49,127 bases of DNA from Calditrichota bacterium (GCA_024277055.1 JAJRVZ010000063.1:1-49127); one strand, 5' to 3'. Counted from the stretch's first letter, positions 35,373-45,044 are shown. Numbers and translations are program-made. The notes: generated by a model not told the origin, from the letters alone.

Positions 35373-36060
35373 ATGGGCGGTTATTACAGGGGCCAGTAAA
35401 GGAATCGGCCGGGCGACGGCCGCATTGGCTGCGGAGGAAAACCTGTCGGTATTGGCGCTCGGGCGCGATGAAAATGATCTGCAATCCTTAAAAAACGAAG
35501 TCGGGAAGGGTAATATATACCCGCTCTCAGCAGATTTGACAGCCGCAAACGAACGTGCGGAAATTGTTTCTTTTTTGAAGCAAAACACAGTGTCGGTCAA
35601 TTTGCTGGTGCATTCTGCGGGAATCGTTAGTCTCGGTTCTGTTGCGGAAATGCCGGAGCAGGAATGGCGGCAAGTGCTCGAAGTAAACTTGACGGTTCCG
35701 TTTTTACTTACGAAAGAATTACTGCCGTTTATGAAAAATGGCAGTCAGATCGTTTTTATCAATTCGGTTGCCGGACGCCAGGCATTTCCGGACTGGAGTG
35801 CCTATTGTGTTTCGAAATTCGGGTTGCGGGCACTGGCCGATACCCTGCGCGAGGAAACAGAGTCCCGGGGCATCCGCGTGACAACCGTATTTCCGGCCGC
35901 AACCGATACGCCGATGCAGGACGGTATACCTTACGGTTGGGATCGAAAAAAAATGCTGCAGGCGGCGGATGTTGCAAAGGCGACCATGTTTTGTTATAAA
36001 CAACCCACTTCGGTTTTGATAAAAGAATTGGATATTCAGAACATGGCGGGTACGCTTTAG
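35362..36060 (+). CDS. Short-chain dehydrogenase/reductase (sepiapterin-reductase-like by context)
   Basis: The ORF is 35353..36060. GTG 35353 overlaps the AAGGAG, so I prefer GTG 35362, 8 nt downstream of the AAGGAG. The cofactor motif is [11 protein letters not shown] and the catalytic motif is [11 protein letters not shown] (YxxxK). It overlaps folE by 11 nt. Confidence 0.8.
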   Translation: MLSEWAVITGASKGIGRATAALAAEENLSVLALGRDENDLQSLKNEVGKGNIYPLSADLTAANERAEIVSFLKQNTVSVNLLVHSAGIVSLGSVAEMPEQEWRQVLEVNLTVPFLLTKELLPFMKNGSQIVFINSVAGRQAFPDWSAYCVSKFGLRALADTLREETESRGIRVTTVFPAATDTPMQDGIPYGWDRKKMLQAADVAKATMFCYKQPTSVLIKELDIQNMAGTL

Positions 36061-36117
36061 GGATATTTTACGGTATTTGTACTCCTGTTTGTAAAGAAAC
36101 ATACAGTGAGGGATTTC

Positions 36118-36849
36118 ATGAATTGTTATTTTGGTTCCATGAAGTATTTTATTTATCTGCTGACGCTGGTTCTTTACTTCGGTTGTGCCGAACGCAACCC
36201 GATGGATACGGAAGATAACCGCATTATAATCCCTTCTCCCGATACGGGTGTTCTGCAACTGTTAAGTCCGGTTGAATTCGGCGGTATTTACACCACGAAT
36301 GGAATTAATTACCGGGAAGCTGTTTTTGTCGATCATCAGGCAGCGGATGTCTGGACGGTTTTCGTCAGAACGGCAACGGAAACCCGGCGTCTTGATCTGG
36401 GGCTTGATTTCGGACAGATACCCGAATTTATCATGTTTACAGACAAATATCAGGATCGTGAGGGTGGCTGGCATTTATCAGTTTACTGCGCCGTAGCCGA
36501 GCAGCCGGGTGAAAACATTCAGGAAATACTGGTGACCGTTGCCGGAGAATATTCTATGGAAGAGTATAATCGTGAATTTACCGAGGTGAGCCCGGATACA
36601 TTCGGAAATATAGTAACAACAGCCCAGGGTGACTTTATTGAAGCCCGTTTTAACGGATTGCGCACACAGGATGTGTGGTCGATTCTGAAAACCAATGGCA
36701 ACAATTTTCGCTATAAGATCAATGTAGCGCGGAAAGTAAACCGCCCGCTCGATTATTACCTGCGTCAATCAAATGAAGATATCGTCGTCGGCCTGCTTTA
36801 TGATTCCGATTTTCCCGTCCGCAATATTGAAGTTATAATTAAAAACTGA
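36118..36849 (+). CDS. Hypothetical lipoprotein
   Basis: The ORF is 36106..36849. ATG 36118 follows GAGGGA. The signal and lipobox are YLLTLVLYFGC/AE. No recognisable domain. Confidence 0.55.
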   Translation: MNCYFGSMKYFIYLLTLVLYFGCAERNPMDTEDNRIIIPSPDTGVLQLLSPVEFGGIYTTNGINYREAVFVDHQAADVWTVFVRTATETRRLDLGLDFGQIPEFIMFTDKYQDREGGWHLSVYCAVAEQPGENIQEILVTVAGEYSMEEYNREFTEVSPDTFGNIVTTAQGDFIEARFNGLRTQDVWSILKTNGNNFRYKINVARKVNRPLDYYLRQSNEDIVVGLLYDSDFPVRNIEVIIKN

Positions 36850-36967
36850 TCGATCTTCCGTCCCCGGAATAAAATTTATTGTTCATTTCCGCCGGTTTTT
36901 GTAATTTTAATTCACAAAACAAAAAACCAATTGTCAAACCATTGCATACCGGTTAAAGGAGGCTAAA

Positions 36968-38335
36968 ATGGCCAATTACCGCATTGAAAAGGATTCCATG
37001 GGAGAAGTAAAGGTTCCCGAAGACGCCCTGTGGGCCGCACAAACCCAGCGGGCCGTCAATAATTTCCCGATAAGCAATCTTAAAATGCCGCGGGCGATGA
37101 TTAAAGCCCTGGGCCTGATCAAACAAACCGCTGCTGAAGTCAATTTTGATCTCGGTCTGATGAATGAGACCATGAAAAAGGCAATTGTTGAATCGGCTCA
37201 GGAGGTGATCGACGGCGGGCACGATAAGGAATTCCCGATTGATATTTTTCAGACGGGGTCCGGTACCAGCAGCAATATGAACGCCAATGAAGTAATCGCC
37301 AACCTGGCCACAAAAAAACTGGGTGAAAAGGTTCACCCCAACGATCACATCAACATGGGTCAGTCATCGAATGACGTAATTCCTACAGCTATTCATGTTG
37401 CCGCTTATATGGAAACTTCGGAGATGCTGATTCCTGCTTTGGAGCATTTACATAAAACCATTGAAACCAAAGCAGCCCAATACGATGATGTAGTCAAAAC
37501 CGGACGCACCCACCTGATGGATGCCATGCCGGTGCGGGTCAGCCAGGAAATGTCCGGCTGGGCCAGCCAGGTAAAGCACGGTATCGAGCGATTACAGGCA
37601 TCGCTGCCGAGAATTGCCGAGCTGGCACAGGGCGGCACGGCGGTCGGAACCGGCGTCAATGCCCATCCGGAGTTTGCTGAACGATTTGCAAAGAAACTTT
37701 CCGAAAAAACCGGGTTTCCCTTCAAAAAAGCAGGTAACTTTTTCGAGTCGCTTTCTACAGCTGACGCTGCCGTTGAATTAAGCGGGCAATTGAAAACCAT
37801 TGCTGCAGGTTTCATGAAAATTGCCAATGATCTGCGCTGGGAAAACAGCGGACCGATAGCCGGTTTCGGTGAAATCTCGTTACCCTCTCTGCAACCGGGT
37901 TCTTCCATTATGCCGGGCAAGATCAACCCCGTTATTCCGGAAGCCGTAACGATGGTGGCCGCACAGGTAATCGGAAATGATGTTTCGGTTACAATCGGCG
38001 GGCAATCGGGTAATTTTCAGCTGAACGTAATGTTACCGATGATCGCCTATAACCTTACACAGTCTATAGAAATACTGGCCAATGCAGCCCGTGTTCTGGC
38101 CGACAAGGCCATAGAAGGGTATACGGTGAACACGGATAAAATGGCATCGCTGGTGGATAAAAACCCGATTCTAGTCACAGCCCTGAATCCTGTAATCGGG
38201 TATGAAAAGGGTGCAAGCATCGCAAAAACCGCCTACGCAGAGGGTCGCTCGCTGAAAGAAGTTGCTTTGGAGCAAACCGATCTGAATGAAGCGGAACTTA
38301 ATGATATTCTCGACCCGTTAAAACTGACAAAATAA
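36968..38335 (+). CDS. fumC: Class II fumarate hydratase
   Basis: 455-aa ORF with the signature GSSIMPGKINP, plus TGRTHLMDAMP and QTGSGTSSNMNANEVIAN. AAAGGAGG precedes the ATG. Confidence 0.93.
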   Translation: MANYRIEKDSMGEVKVPEDALWAAQTQRAVNNFPISNLKMPRAMIKALGLIKQTAAEVNFDLGLMNETMKKAIVESAQEVIDGGHDKEFPIDIFQTGSGTSSNMNANEVIANLATKKLGEKVHPNDHINMGQSSNDVIPTAIHVAAYMETSEMLIPALEHLHKTIETKAAQYDDVVKTGRTHLMDAMPVRVSQEMSGWASQVKHGIERLQASLPRIAELAQGGTAVGTGVNAHPEFAERFAKKLSEKTGFPFKKAGNFFESLSTADAAVELSGQLKTIAAGFMKIANDLRWENSGPIAGFGEISLPSLQPGSSIMPGKINPVIPEAVTMVAAQVIGNDVSVTIGGQSGNFQLNVMLPMIAYNLTQSIEILANAARVLADKAIEGYTVNTDKMASLVDKNPILVTALNPVIGYEKGASIAKTAYAEGRSLKEVALEQTDLNEAELNDILDPLKLTK

Positions 38336-38341
38336 CCATTC

Positions 38342-38373
38342 AATGCCATCGCTTAAAGCGGTGGCATTTTTTA
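38342..38373. terminator. Bidirectional intrinsic terminator between fumC and the convergent epimerase gene
   Basis: AATGCCATCGCT-taa-AGCGGTGGCATT followed by TTTTATT. The stem is 12 bp including one G.U pair. Confidence 0.75.
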
Positions 38374-39108
38374 TTGTACCGGTACGATGGTATCTTCATC
38401 AAAGAGCGGGGGCACTTCGATACCCAATTCGCAGTAAAGCAGTGGCGGCACAGAAATATCCGCAACCAGCAGCTCCCCGACATATTCCCGCGCTTTGGGC
38501 ATCAACAAACCGTTTTTAGGCAGGGCAAGGGTCAATGTTTTGTCTGCCCGCACGGTGAAGGGGGAGGCATTTCCGTTGCTGGTATTCAAACCGCTTGGTG
38601 TGTCCAGCGAAATAACCGGGCTGCTCATACCATTGATCTTGTCGATCACCCCGGCTGCTATTCCCTCCGGGGGACGGTTAAGCCCGTAACCGAAAACGGC
38701 GTCAATGATCAATTCGGTTTCCTGCAAATTTACCCACTGATTTATCTGCCCGGCAAAAACCACCGAGACGGGAATATGCCGAACGATTTCCAGTTGCAGA
38801 GCCGCCACCGGTTTGAATATCGTATCGGGTGTGGCAACCAGTACGGTAACTTCTGCGCCCCAGTTACTTAAATGCCGGGCGGCAACCAGGCCGCCTCCGC
38901 CATTATTTCCGTTACCGATTGCCACACAGATTCTGCGATTTTCAACCGATTCACCCATGCTGCGTCGTACCAAAAGGGCAAGATTACGCCCGGCGTTTTC
39001 CATCATCTGGATCAATTGAATGCCGTAACGTTCAATCATCAACCGATCCACTTCCCGTATTTGTGCTGTGGATAACACGGGGATATTGTTTTTTACTGTA
39101 ACAGTCAT
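38371..39108 (-). CDS. NAD(P)H-hydrate epimerase (stand-alone YjeF N-terminal domain)
   Basis: The ORF is 38371..39141, and I prefer ATG 39108 after AGGGA. Motifs are LIQMMENAGRNLA, VAIGNGNNGGGGLVAARHL and DAVFGYGLNRP. Confidence 0.75.
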   Translation of the reverse strand: MTVTVKNNIPVLSTAQIREVDRLMIERYGIQLIQMMENAGRNLALLVRRSMGESVENRRICVAIGNGNNGGGGLVAARHLSNWGAEVTVLVATPDTIFKPVAALQLEIVRHIPVSVVFAGQINQWVNLQETELIIDAVFGYGLNRPPEGIAAGVIDKINGMSSPVISLDTPSGLNTSNGNASPFTVRADKTLTLALPKNGLLMPKAREYVGELLVADISVPPLLYCELGIEVPPLFDEDTIVPVQ

Positions 39109-39179
39109 GTGATTCCCTGAATTCCCTTCGGTTTCTTTCAACTTGCACGGCTATTTTAATAAAAACATGAACATCAATT

Positions 39180-39195
39180 CGTAATTGAAATTACG
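39180..39195. promoter_or_regulatory. Perfect palindrome CGTAATT-GA-AATTACG upstream of the epimerase gene
   Basis: Read directly. The 7-bp arms have a 2-nt spacer, too tight for an RNA hairpin, so a dimeric operator is more likely. It lies about 70-90 nt upstream of ATG 39108. Confidence 0.25.
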
Positions 39196-39405
39196 CTGAT
39201 ACAATCAAAGCCGATCGGTTTTCGCCGAATGCAGGAACAGCCGTGCTGCAATGGCCGGGTGAAATATCGAAAATAATAAAAATGAAGCGGTAAATTTCAT
39301 TTTTGCGAACGAAAACTCAATCCACGAAAAGCGTTTCATTTTATGTGGAAAAACTATTCCCCGATCTCATCGCGTATTTATATCAATTGCTGATTGAATA
39401 CCCGC

Positions 39406-40053
39406 TTATGATGCATGAAGTAAAACTATCGCCAGCCGTTTCGGGCCGTGTGCGCCGAGCACCAGTTGCTTTTCAATGTCCGAGGTACGTGACGGTCCGG
39501 TAATGATCACCGCATAACTCCAGTCCATTTTCGTTTTAAGATACAGGGCAATGGCTTCGGAAAGCGAAGGCACCAGTTGATTTGTTTTGGCGATGACGAT
39601 GTGCAGCGGCGGCAGTATCGACAAACGGCGACCGCCCGCGCTGCGACTGTTCAACACGATACTGCCCGTACGGGCCACCAGGCAATCGGCAACCGAAATC
39701 GCAGCCTGGTATTCGGCAAATTCCGGGGCGGATAATTCCAGTCCGGGATAAAAATCAGTATCCGGTTCCACCGTCGGCAATATTTCACGAATCAGCGGAT
39801 GTTCCTGTGCCAGCACCGGCGAAGCACCGGACAGCAATTTTTGAATCTGTTGCCCGGCTTCGGCAATATTTCCAACTTCATACAATTCACCGTTCAATGC
39901 CGCAAATTTTGCGCGGAACTGCGAAAGCCACTTGTTTTCATCGTCAGTATAATCGGCGAAAATGCCGGCATCGTTGCCGAAAGGCGAAGTCGCAGGGTTT
40001 TGCAGTGGCGAAGATTGCCGCAGGCGTTGTAATATTTTTTCACGACTGTTCAT
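39406..40053 (-). CDS. lutC: Lactate utilization protein C (LUD domain)
   Basis: The ORF is 39406..40173. I prefer ATG 40053 (MNSREKILQRLR), which overlaps the lutB stop by 14 nt. LUD-type C-terminus: GSIVLNS...RLSILPPLHIVIA...VIITGPSRTSDIE. Confidence 0.75.
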   Translation of the reverse strand: MNSREKILQRLRQSSPLQNPATSPFGNDAGIFADYTDDENKWLSQFRAKFAALNGELYEVGNIAEAGQQIQKLLSGASPVLAQEHPLIREILPTVEPDTDFYPGLELSAPEFAEYQAAISVADCLVARTGSIVLNSRSAGGRRLSILPPLHIVIAKTNQLVPSLSEAIALYLKTKMDWSYAVIITGPSRTSDIEKQLVLGAHGPKRLAIVLLHAS

Positions 40054-41419
40054 TTTCTTCCCACCATTGGGCAAAAGTTTGACGCGCCAGTTTCGGAATG
40101 CGTTTACCCGTTTCATGCGGCAATAACAATGCGGCGGCCTCGGCGCCGTTGGCAGCCGCGCGGTGGAAGGCATTCAGTTTACCGCGGTCGCTCATTATTA
40201 CCGCCCAGATTTTTAACGACTGTTTCCAGAATAAGGAAGTGTTGCTCTGTTCATCGCTTTGCCGGCGATTTTCCAGCAGCAGTTCGTGCAGCGGAATGTC
40301 TACCGGACAAACCTGTGTGCAGGCGCCGCACAGGCTGGAAGCGTCGGACAGATGATGCCACTCCGCAATCCCGCGAAACTGCGGAGTCAGCACGGCGCCG
40401 ATTGGCCCCTGATATGTGGTTTGATAGCTGTGTCCCCCGATGGTTTTGTAAACCGGGCAGGCATTCAGGCAGGCGCCGCAGCGAATGCAGCGCAGGGCAA
40501 TACGCAGTTTCGGATCGGCATGCAGTTGTGAGCGGCCGTTATCCAGCAGAATGACGTACATTTTCCGCGGACCGTCCGCTTCACCGGCTGCACGTGGTCC
40601 GCGAATAAGATTGTTGTATCCGGTCAGCTGCTGTCCGGTACCGCTGGTGGCCAGAAGCGGAAGAAAAAGGGCCAGATCTTCCAGCCGCGGTAATAGTTTT
40701 TCAATACCGGCAATGACCACATGCACCGGGGGACAGGCGGTTGTCAGCCGGATGTTGCCTTCGTTCTCGGTTATGTGTACCAGCCCCGGGTCGGCGATGA
40801 GAAAATTGGCGCCGCTGACGCCGATATCGGCGGTAACATACGCCTGGCGCAGATGGGCGCGGGCGATCATCGTCAGCTCTTCGGCGCTGTCGCTTTCGAC
40901 GGAACCCAGTTTTTCGTGAAACAGTTTTGATATTTCTGCTTTGCTTTTGTGCATGGCCGGGGTGACGATATGATACGGTTTTTCACCGGCCAGCTGCACG
41001 ATCAGTTCGCCCAGGTCGCTTTCCCAAACTTCGATGCCGTTCGCTTCACATGTTTCATTCAGTTCAATTTCTTCCGTGGTCATCGATTTGGACTTGACGA
41101 TTTTTTTTGCTTTGTGCCTGTCGGCAATCTCCAGAAATATTTGCCTCGCTTGTTCAGCCGTTTCCGCCCACAGCACCTCTGCGCCGTTTTCTTTCATATT
41201 GGATTCGAACTGTTCCAGCAGATCGGCCCAGTTTTCCAAAACATACTGCTTGATTTGTCCGGCCTGCTTTCGCGCCGCCGGCCAGTCGATGAATTGAGCC
41301 TGTTTCATTTCCGCAACTTTTTCATCGTAAGTTCGGATGGCCTTGCGGATTTTCAACAGGTGTTGCTGGTCGTGGGCCTTTTCGGCCGACTGTTTTTTGA
41401 ACTGTTTTTGCGTATTCAA
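40040..41419 (-). CDS. lutB: Lactate utilization protein B (4Fe-4S ferredoxin-type plus LUD domain)
   Basis: 459-aa ORF with CIRCGACLNACPVY and CGACTQVCPVDIP cluster motifs. TENEGNIRL is typical of LutB. Confidence 0.88.
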   Translation of the reverse strand: MNTQKQFKKQSAEKAHDQQHLLKIRKAIRTYDEKVAEMKQAQFIDWPAARKQAGQIKQYVLENWADLLEQFESNMKENGAEVLWAETAEQARQIFLEIADRHKAKKIVKSKSMTTEEIELNETCEANGIEVWESDLGELIVQLAGEKPYHIVTPAMHKSKAEISKLFHEKLGSVESDSAEELTMIARAHLRQAYVTADIGVSGANFLIADPGLVHITENEGNIRLTTACPPVHVVIAGIEKLLPRLEDLALFLPLLATSGTGQQLTGYNNLIRGPRAAGEADGPRKMYVILLDNGRSQLHADPKLRIALRCIRCGACLNACPVYKTIGGHSYQTTYQGPIGAVLTPQFRGIAEWHHLSDASSLCGACTQVCPVDIPLHELLLENRRQSDEQSNTSLFWKQSLKIWAVIMSDRGKLNAFHRAAANGAEAAALLLPHETGKRIPKLARQTFAQWWEENEQS

Positions 41420-41453
41420 TTTTATATCCGTGAAAGTCCGTGTTTTTCGGCAG

Positions 41454-42191
41454 TCAAATAGTTTTGGTTGTCCGTTCCAAAAATTCCACTAAATGTAAAA
41501 TATCCATATTCATATTTTTGTCCTTTGCTTCCTGCCGCAGGTGCATAATACACCCCGGATCGTTGGAGACGATTGTTTTCAACCCGAGTTCAAAAAACTG
41601 CTCCAGCCGTGATCGGGCCATGGTTGCGGAAACGGCAGGGAATTTAAAGGAAAACAGGCCGCCGAATCCGCAGCACACCGGTTCGCCCGGCGGCCGAACC
41701 GGCTCAACACCGTCGATGCGTTTCAATATCCGCAATGGAAAATCATCAATGTCCAGCTCGCGGTAACTGTGACAGGAATTATGGAAACCAATGCGGCCTT
41801 TCCATTTCCCGCTGATTTTATTCAACAAATCTTCCTGTTGAATGAACTCCGAGAATTCCAGCACGCGCCCGCCAAGTGCCGCCGCCGTTTCACAGGCATG
41901 ATGTCCTTCGAACAGGTTCGGGAAGTATTTGCGAACCATGGCCGTGCAGGAACCGGAGGGTGAAACGATCAACCCGTCTTCGGCAAATACTTCAACAAAA
42001 TGGCCGGCAACTTTTATGGCTTCCTTTCTTTGACCGGCATTAAAGGCCGGTTGTCCACAGCAGGTCTGTTCTTTGTGGTAGAAAATCTCATATCCGAAAG
42101 AGCGCAACAGTTTAATCATGGCAATCCCCATTTCGGGATACACCTGGTCTACCAGACAGGGAATGAAAACCGAAACGTGTTTTGAATTCAT
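41454..42191 (-). CDS. lutA: Lactate utilization protein A ((Fe-S)-binding CCG-domain oxidoreductase)
   Basis: 245-aa ORF with VFIPCLVDQVYPEMG, TCCGQPAFNAG and PVCCGFGG, giving two CCG motifs. Confidence 0.88.
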   Translation of the reverse strand: MNSKHVSVFIPCLVDQVYPEMGIAMIKLLRSFGYEIFYHKEQTCCGQPAFNAGQRKEAIKVAGHFVEVFAEDGLIVSPSGSCTAMVRKYFPNLFEGHHACETAAALGGRVLEFSEFIQQEDLLNKISGKWKGRIGFHNSCHSYRELDIDDFPLRILKRIDGVEPVRPPGEPVCCGFGGLFSFKFPAVSATMARSRLEQFFELGLKTIVSNDPGCIMHLRQEAKDKNMNMDILHLVEFLERTTKTI

Positions 42192-42365
42192 AAAATCAAA
42201 TTACAAAAGCGATCCGTTTTTCTCAATTACAAAAATTGTTTTGGCGTCCTTCGCAAAGCTTAAATAAGCGATTAAAAATACGGTTTGCAGGAAACGCCAT
42301 TCTCTCTTGTATAGGCGGATGATTGGCCATTATATAAAATTACCGGATACTGAAAATCCTGATTC

Positions 42366-42379
42366 AAACGGATCCGTTT
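42366..42379. promoter_or_regulatory. Perfect 14-bp palindrome AAACGGATCCGTTT in the lutA-hypF divergent region
   Basis: Read directly. Its right half-site GATCCGTTTT recurs as a direct copy at 42211-42220, next to the lutA start. Confidence 0.3.
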
Positions 42380-42443
42380 TGGTGATTCCGTCAAATCTTC
42401 AAAAACTGTTGAATGAAATGGAAAATTGACCTAAAATGGATTC

Positions 42444-44732
42444 ATGCAGCAGCGAGTCAAAATAACCATCCGCGGTGCCGTGCAGGGGGTAGGATTCCGG
42501 CCGTTCATTTTCCGGTTGGCGGATGAGCTGAAATTGAAGGGCTGGGTGACCAATTCGGCAAGCGGCGTATTTATCGAAGCCGAAGCGGAACGGAAATCGC
42601 TCGACCGGTTTCTGCTGCGCATAGAACGGGAAAAGCCGCGTCATGCCGTCATTCAGAGTATGGAATTCTCCTTTCTCGATCCGGTGGACTACAGCGGATT
42701 CGAGATCAGGCACAGCGATTCCGGCGGAGAAATATCGGCGGTTATCTTACCGGATATCGCCGTTTGTGAAGACTGTTTGCGGGAAATGAACGATCCGTCC
42801 GACAGGCGTTACCGCTACCCGTTCATCAATTGTACCAATTGTGGTCCGCGTTTTTCCATAATTGAAGCGTTGCCATACGACCGGCCCAATACCTCGATGA
42901 AACAGTTTGAAATGTGTCCCGACTGCCGAAAGGAATACGAGGATCCGTCAGATCGTCGCTTTCATGCCCAACCGGTGGCCTGCCCGGTTTGTGGCCCGCA
43001 GCTTACCTTGTGCGATGAAGCGGGTAGAAGGTTATCTGAAAAAGATACGGCATTGCGGCAAACGGCCGAATTTATCCGCAACGGTAAAATTGTTGCCCTG
43101 AAAGGCCTGGGCGGCTTCCAGTTGCTGGTCGATGCCCGAAGCGATCGGGCGGTTCAACGACTACGCCGACGCAAACGTCGTGCGGAAAAACCGTTTGCGA
43201 TCATGGCGCCCGATTTGAATTGCGTTCAGCGATTCTGCTTCGTTGGCGACATGGAGGCTCGTTCGCTTCGTTCACCTGAATCTCCCATCGTTCTGCTGCT
43301 CAAATCAGAGAAGGCCGAAGAGCACATCGCCGAACGGGTGGCGCCGCAGAACCCGTGGCTGGGAGTGATGCTTCCTTATACGCCGTTGCATCATCTGCTC
43401 ATGTGGGAACTTGGATTCCCGGTCGTGGCCACCAGTGCCAATCTTTCCGAAGAGCCGATGGTTACCGAAAATGCCGTTGCACGGGACCGGTTATCGGGCA
43501 TAGCCGATGTTTTTCTGTTTCATAACCGGCCCATCGTGCGCCAGGTGGATGATTCGATTGTACGCATTATTCAGGGCCGGGAGATGCTCACCCGCCGGGC
43601 ACGGGGGTACGCGCCGCTGCCGGTAACCCTGGAAGAGGAAGTGCCGAATACGGCCCGGCCGGTTCTTGCTCTGGGTGCTCATCTGAAATCAAGTATCGCT
43701 GTCTGTAAGGGAGATCAGGTTTTTGTGAGCCAGCACATCGGCGATCTGTCGAACCTGGAATCGGTGCAGGCATTTGAGAAAATTGTTGAAGACTTTACAA
43801 AAATGTATGATATTAGTCACCCGCAGGTGGTCGCCGACCTGCATCCTGATTATGTGAGTACGCAATATGCCCGTAATCATTTTGAGCATTTTACGCAGGT
43901 GCAGCATCACGAAGCTCATGTGTGGTCATGCCGGGCGGAAAACCGGATCAAAGGGCCGGCGTTGGGCATCAGCTGGGACGGCACCAGTTTCGGCGGCGAC
44001 GGCACGATATGGGGTGGAGAAGTATTTATTTCCGATGACACGGAAATAAAACATATCGGCGGTTTGCGTTCTTTTTCCCTGCCGGGCGGCGAAAAAGCCG
44101 TGAAAGAACCCCGGCGCGCGGCGCTGGGTCTGCTCTTTGAACTTTTCGGAGACGCTGTTTTTAAACGGGAAACAGACCTGCGAAATGCTTTTTCGGATAA
44201 AGAGCGGCCGTTGCTGAAAAGCATGCTTGTAAAAGGGGTGAACTCCCCGCGTACTTCGAGCATGGGACGGCTCTTCGACGCCGTATCGGCGCTGCTAGGC
44301 ATCTGCATGAATATGAGTTTCGAAGGTCAGGCGGCGATGATGCTGGAATTTAGAAGCGATGAAACGGAAACGGGGTGGTATTCGTTTTCCATTCAGGAAG
44401 AGGAAAAATTGAGCATCGACTGGCAACCGGTGATTGAAAATATCCTGAGCGATCTTCAGAATAACGTACCGGCGGAAAGGATCGCCGCCCGGTTTCATAA
44501 CGGCCTGGCGCGGATACCATCCGAATTGGCCCGGCGGTTCAAACTGAAAAAAGTGCTGCTCAGCGGCGGCTGCTTTCAAAATATTTTTCTGCTGAAACGG
44601 GTTATCGGCAGGTTGAGAAGTGAAGGGGTCGGGGCCTACTGGCATCAGCGGGTACCGCCCAACGACGGCGGCATTGCACTGGGACAGGTGGCGGCTTTTT
44701 TAAAAGATAAAAAGCTGAAAACAACAGCTTAA
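42444..44732 (+). CDS. hypF: [NiFe]-hydrogenase maturation carbamoyltransferase HypF
   Basis: 762-aa ORF. It has an acylphosphatase domain (GAVQGVGFRPFIFR), two Zn-finger pairs (CEDCLREMNDPSDRRYRYPFINCTNCGPRF and CPDCRKEYEDPSDRRFHAQPVACPVCGP), a YrdC-like domain and a Kae1-like domain. Confidence 0.93.
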   Translation: MQQRVKITIRGAVQGVGFRPFIFRLADELKLKGWVTNSASGVFIEAEAERKSLDRFLLRIEREKPRHAVIQSMEFSFLDPVDYSGFEIRHSDSGGEISAVILPDIAVCEDCLREMNDPSDRRYRYPFINCTNCGPRFSIIEALPYDRPNTSMKQFEMCPDCRKEYEDPSDRRFHAQPVACPVCGPQLTLCDEAGRRLSEKDTALRQTAEFIRNGKIVALKGLGGFQLLVDARSDRAVQRLRRRKRRAEKPFAIMAPDLNCVQRFCFVGDMEARSLRSPESPIVLLLKSEKAEEHIAERVAPQNPWLGVMLPYTPLHHLLMWELGFPVVATSANLSEEPMVTENAVARDRLSGIADVFLFHNRPIVRQVDDSIVRIIQGREMLTRRARGYAPLPVTLEEEVPNTARPVLALGAHLKSSIAVCKGDQVFVSQHIGDLSNLESVQAFEKIVEDFTKMYDISHPQVVADLHPDYVSTQYARNHFEHFTQVQHHEAHVWSCRAENRIKGPALGISWDGTSFGGDGTIWGGEVFISDDTEIKHIGGLRSFSLPGGEKAVKEPRRAALGLLFELFGDAVFKRETDLRNAFSDKERPLLKSMLVKGVNSPRTSSMGRLFDAVSALLGICMNMSFEGQAAMMLEFRSDETETGWYSFSIQEEEKLSIDWQPVIENILSDLQNNVPAERIAARFHNGLARIPSELARRFKLKKVLLSGGCFQNIFLLKRVIGRLRSEGVGAYWHQRVPPNDGGIALGQVAAFLKDKKLKTTA

Positions 44733-44790
44733 AGAAGAAAGTGGATTCAAATTTTCTGGAAATTGTGAGTTAAAAACTGGAGGTGGATAA

Positions 44791-45033
44791 ATGTGTCTTG
44801 CGGTACCCGGTAAAATATTATCGATTCAGGATAATAAAGATGCGTTGCGCATGGCGAAAGTCGATTTTGCCGGCGTAGTGAAAGAGGTCTGCGTGGACTG
44901 GCTGCCGGAAGTGAAAGAGGGCGAGTATGTCATCGTGCATGCCGGTTTTGCATTGAATAAACTGGACGAAGAGGATGCCATCGAGACGCTGCGTATTCTA
45001 CGGGAAATGGGTGATCTGCCGGAACAGGAGTAA
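44791..45033 (+). CDS. hypC: Hydrogenase maturation chaperone HypC
   Basis: The 80-aa ORF starts MCLAVPGKI, the essential Cys2 motif. GGAGG precedes the ATG. Confidence 0.9.
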   Translation: MCLAVPGKILSIQDNKDALRMAKVDFAGVVKEVCVDWLPEVKEGEYVIVHAGFALNKLDEEDAIETLRILREMGDLPEQE

Positions 45034-45044
45034 ATTTGTCACAG

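Noticed and set aside
40054-40173. A 40-codon N-terminal extension of the lutC ORF (MPSTARLPTAPRPPHCYC...)
   Set aside because: The extension lies entirely inside lutB coding sequence and is Pro/Arg-rich junk. ATG 40053 gives a typical LutC start with a 14-nt overlap.
42192-42443. A sigma-54 (-24 GG / -12 GC) promoter for the hyp genes
   Set aside because: The candidate TGGCGTCCTTCGCA and TGGCCATTATATAAAA stretches do not have the required GG-N10-GC spacing.
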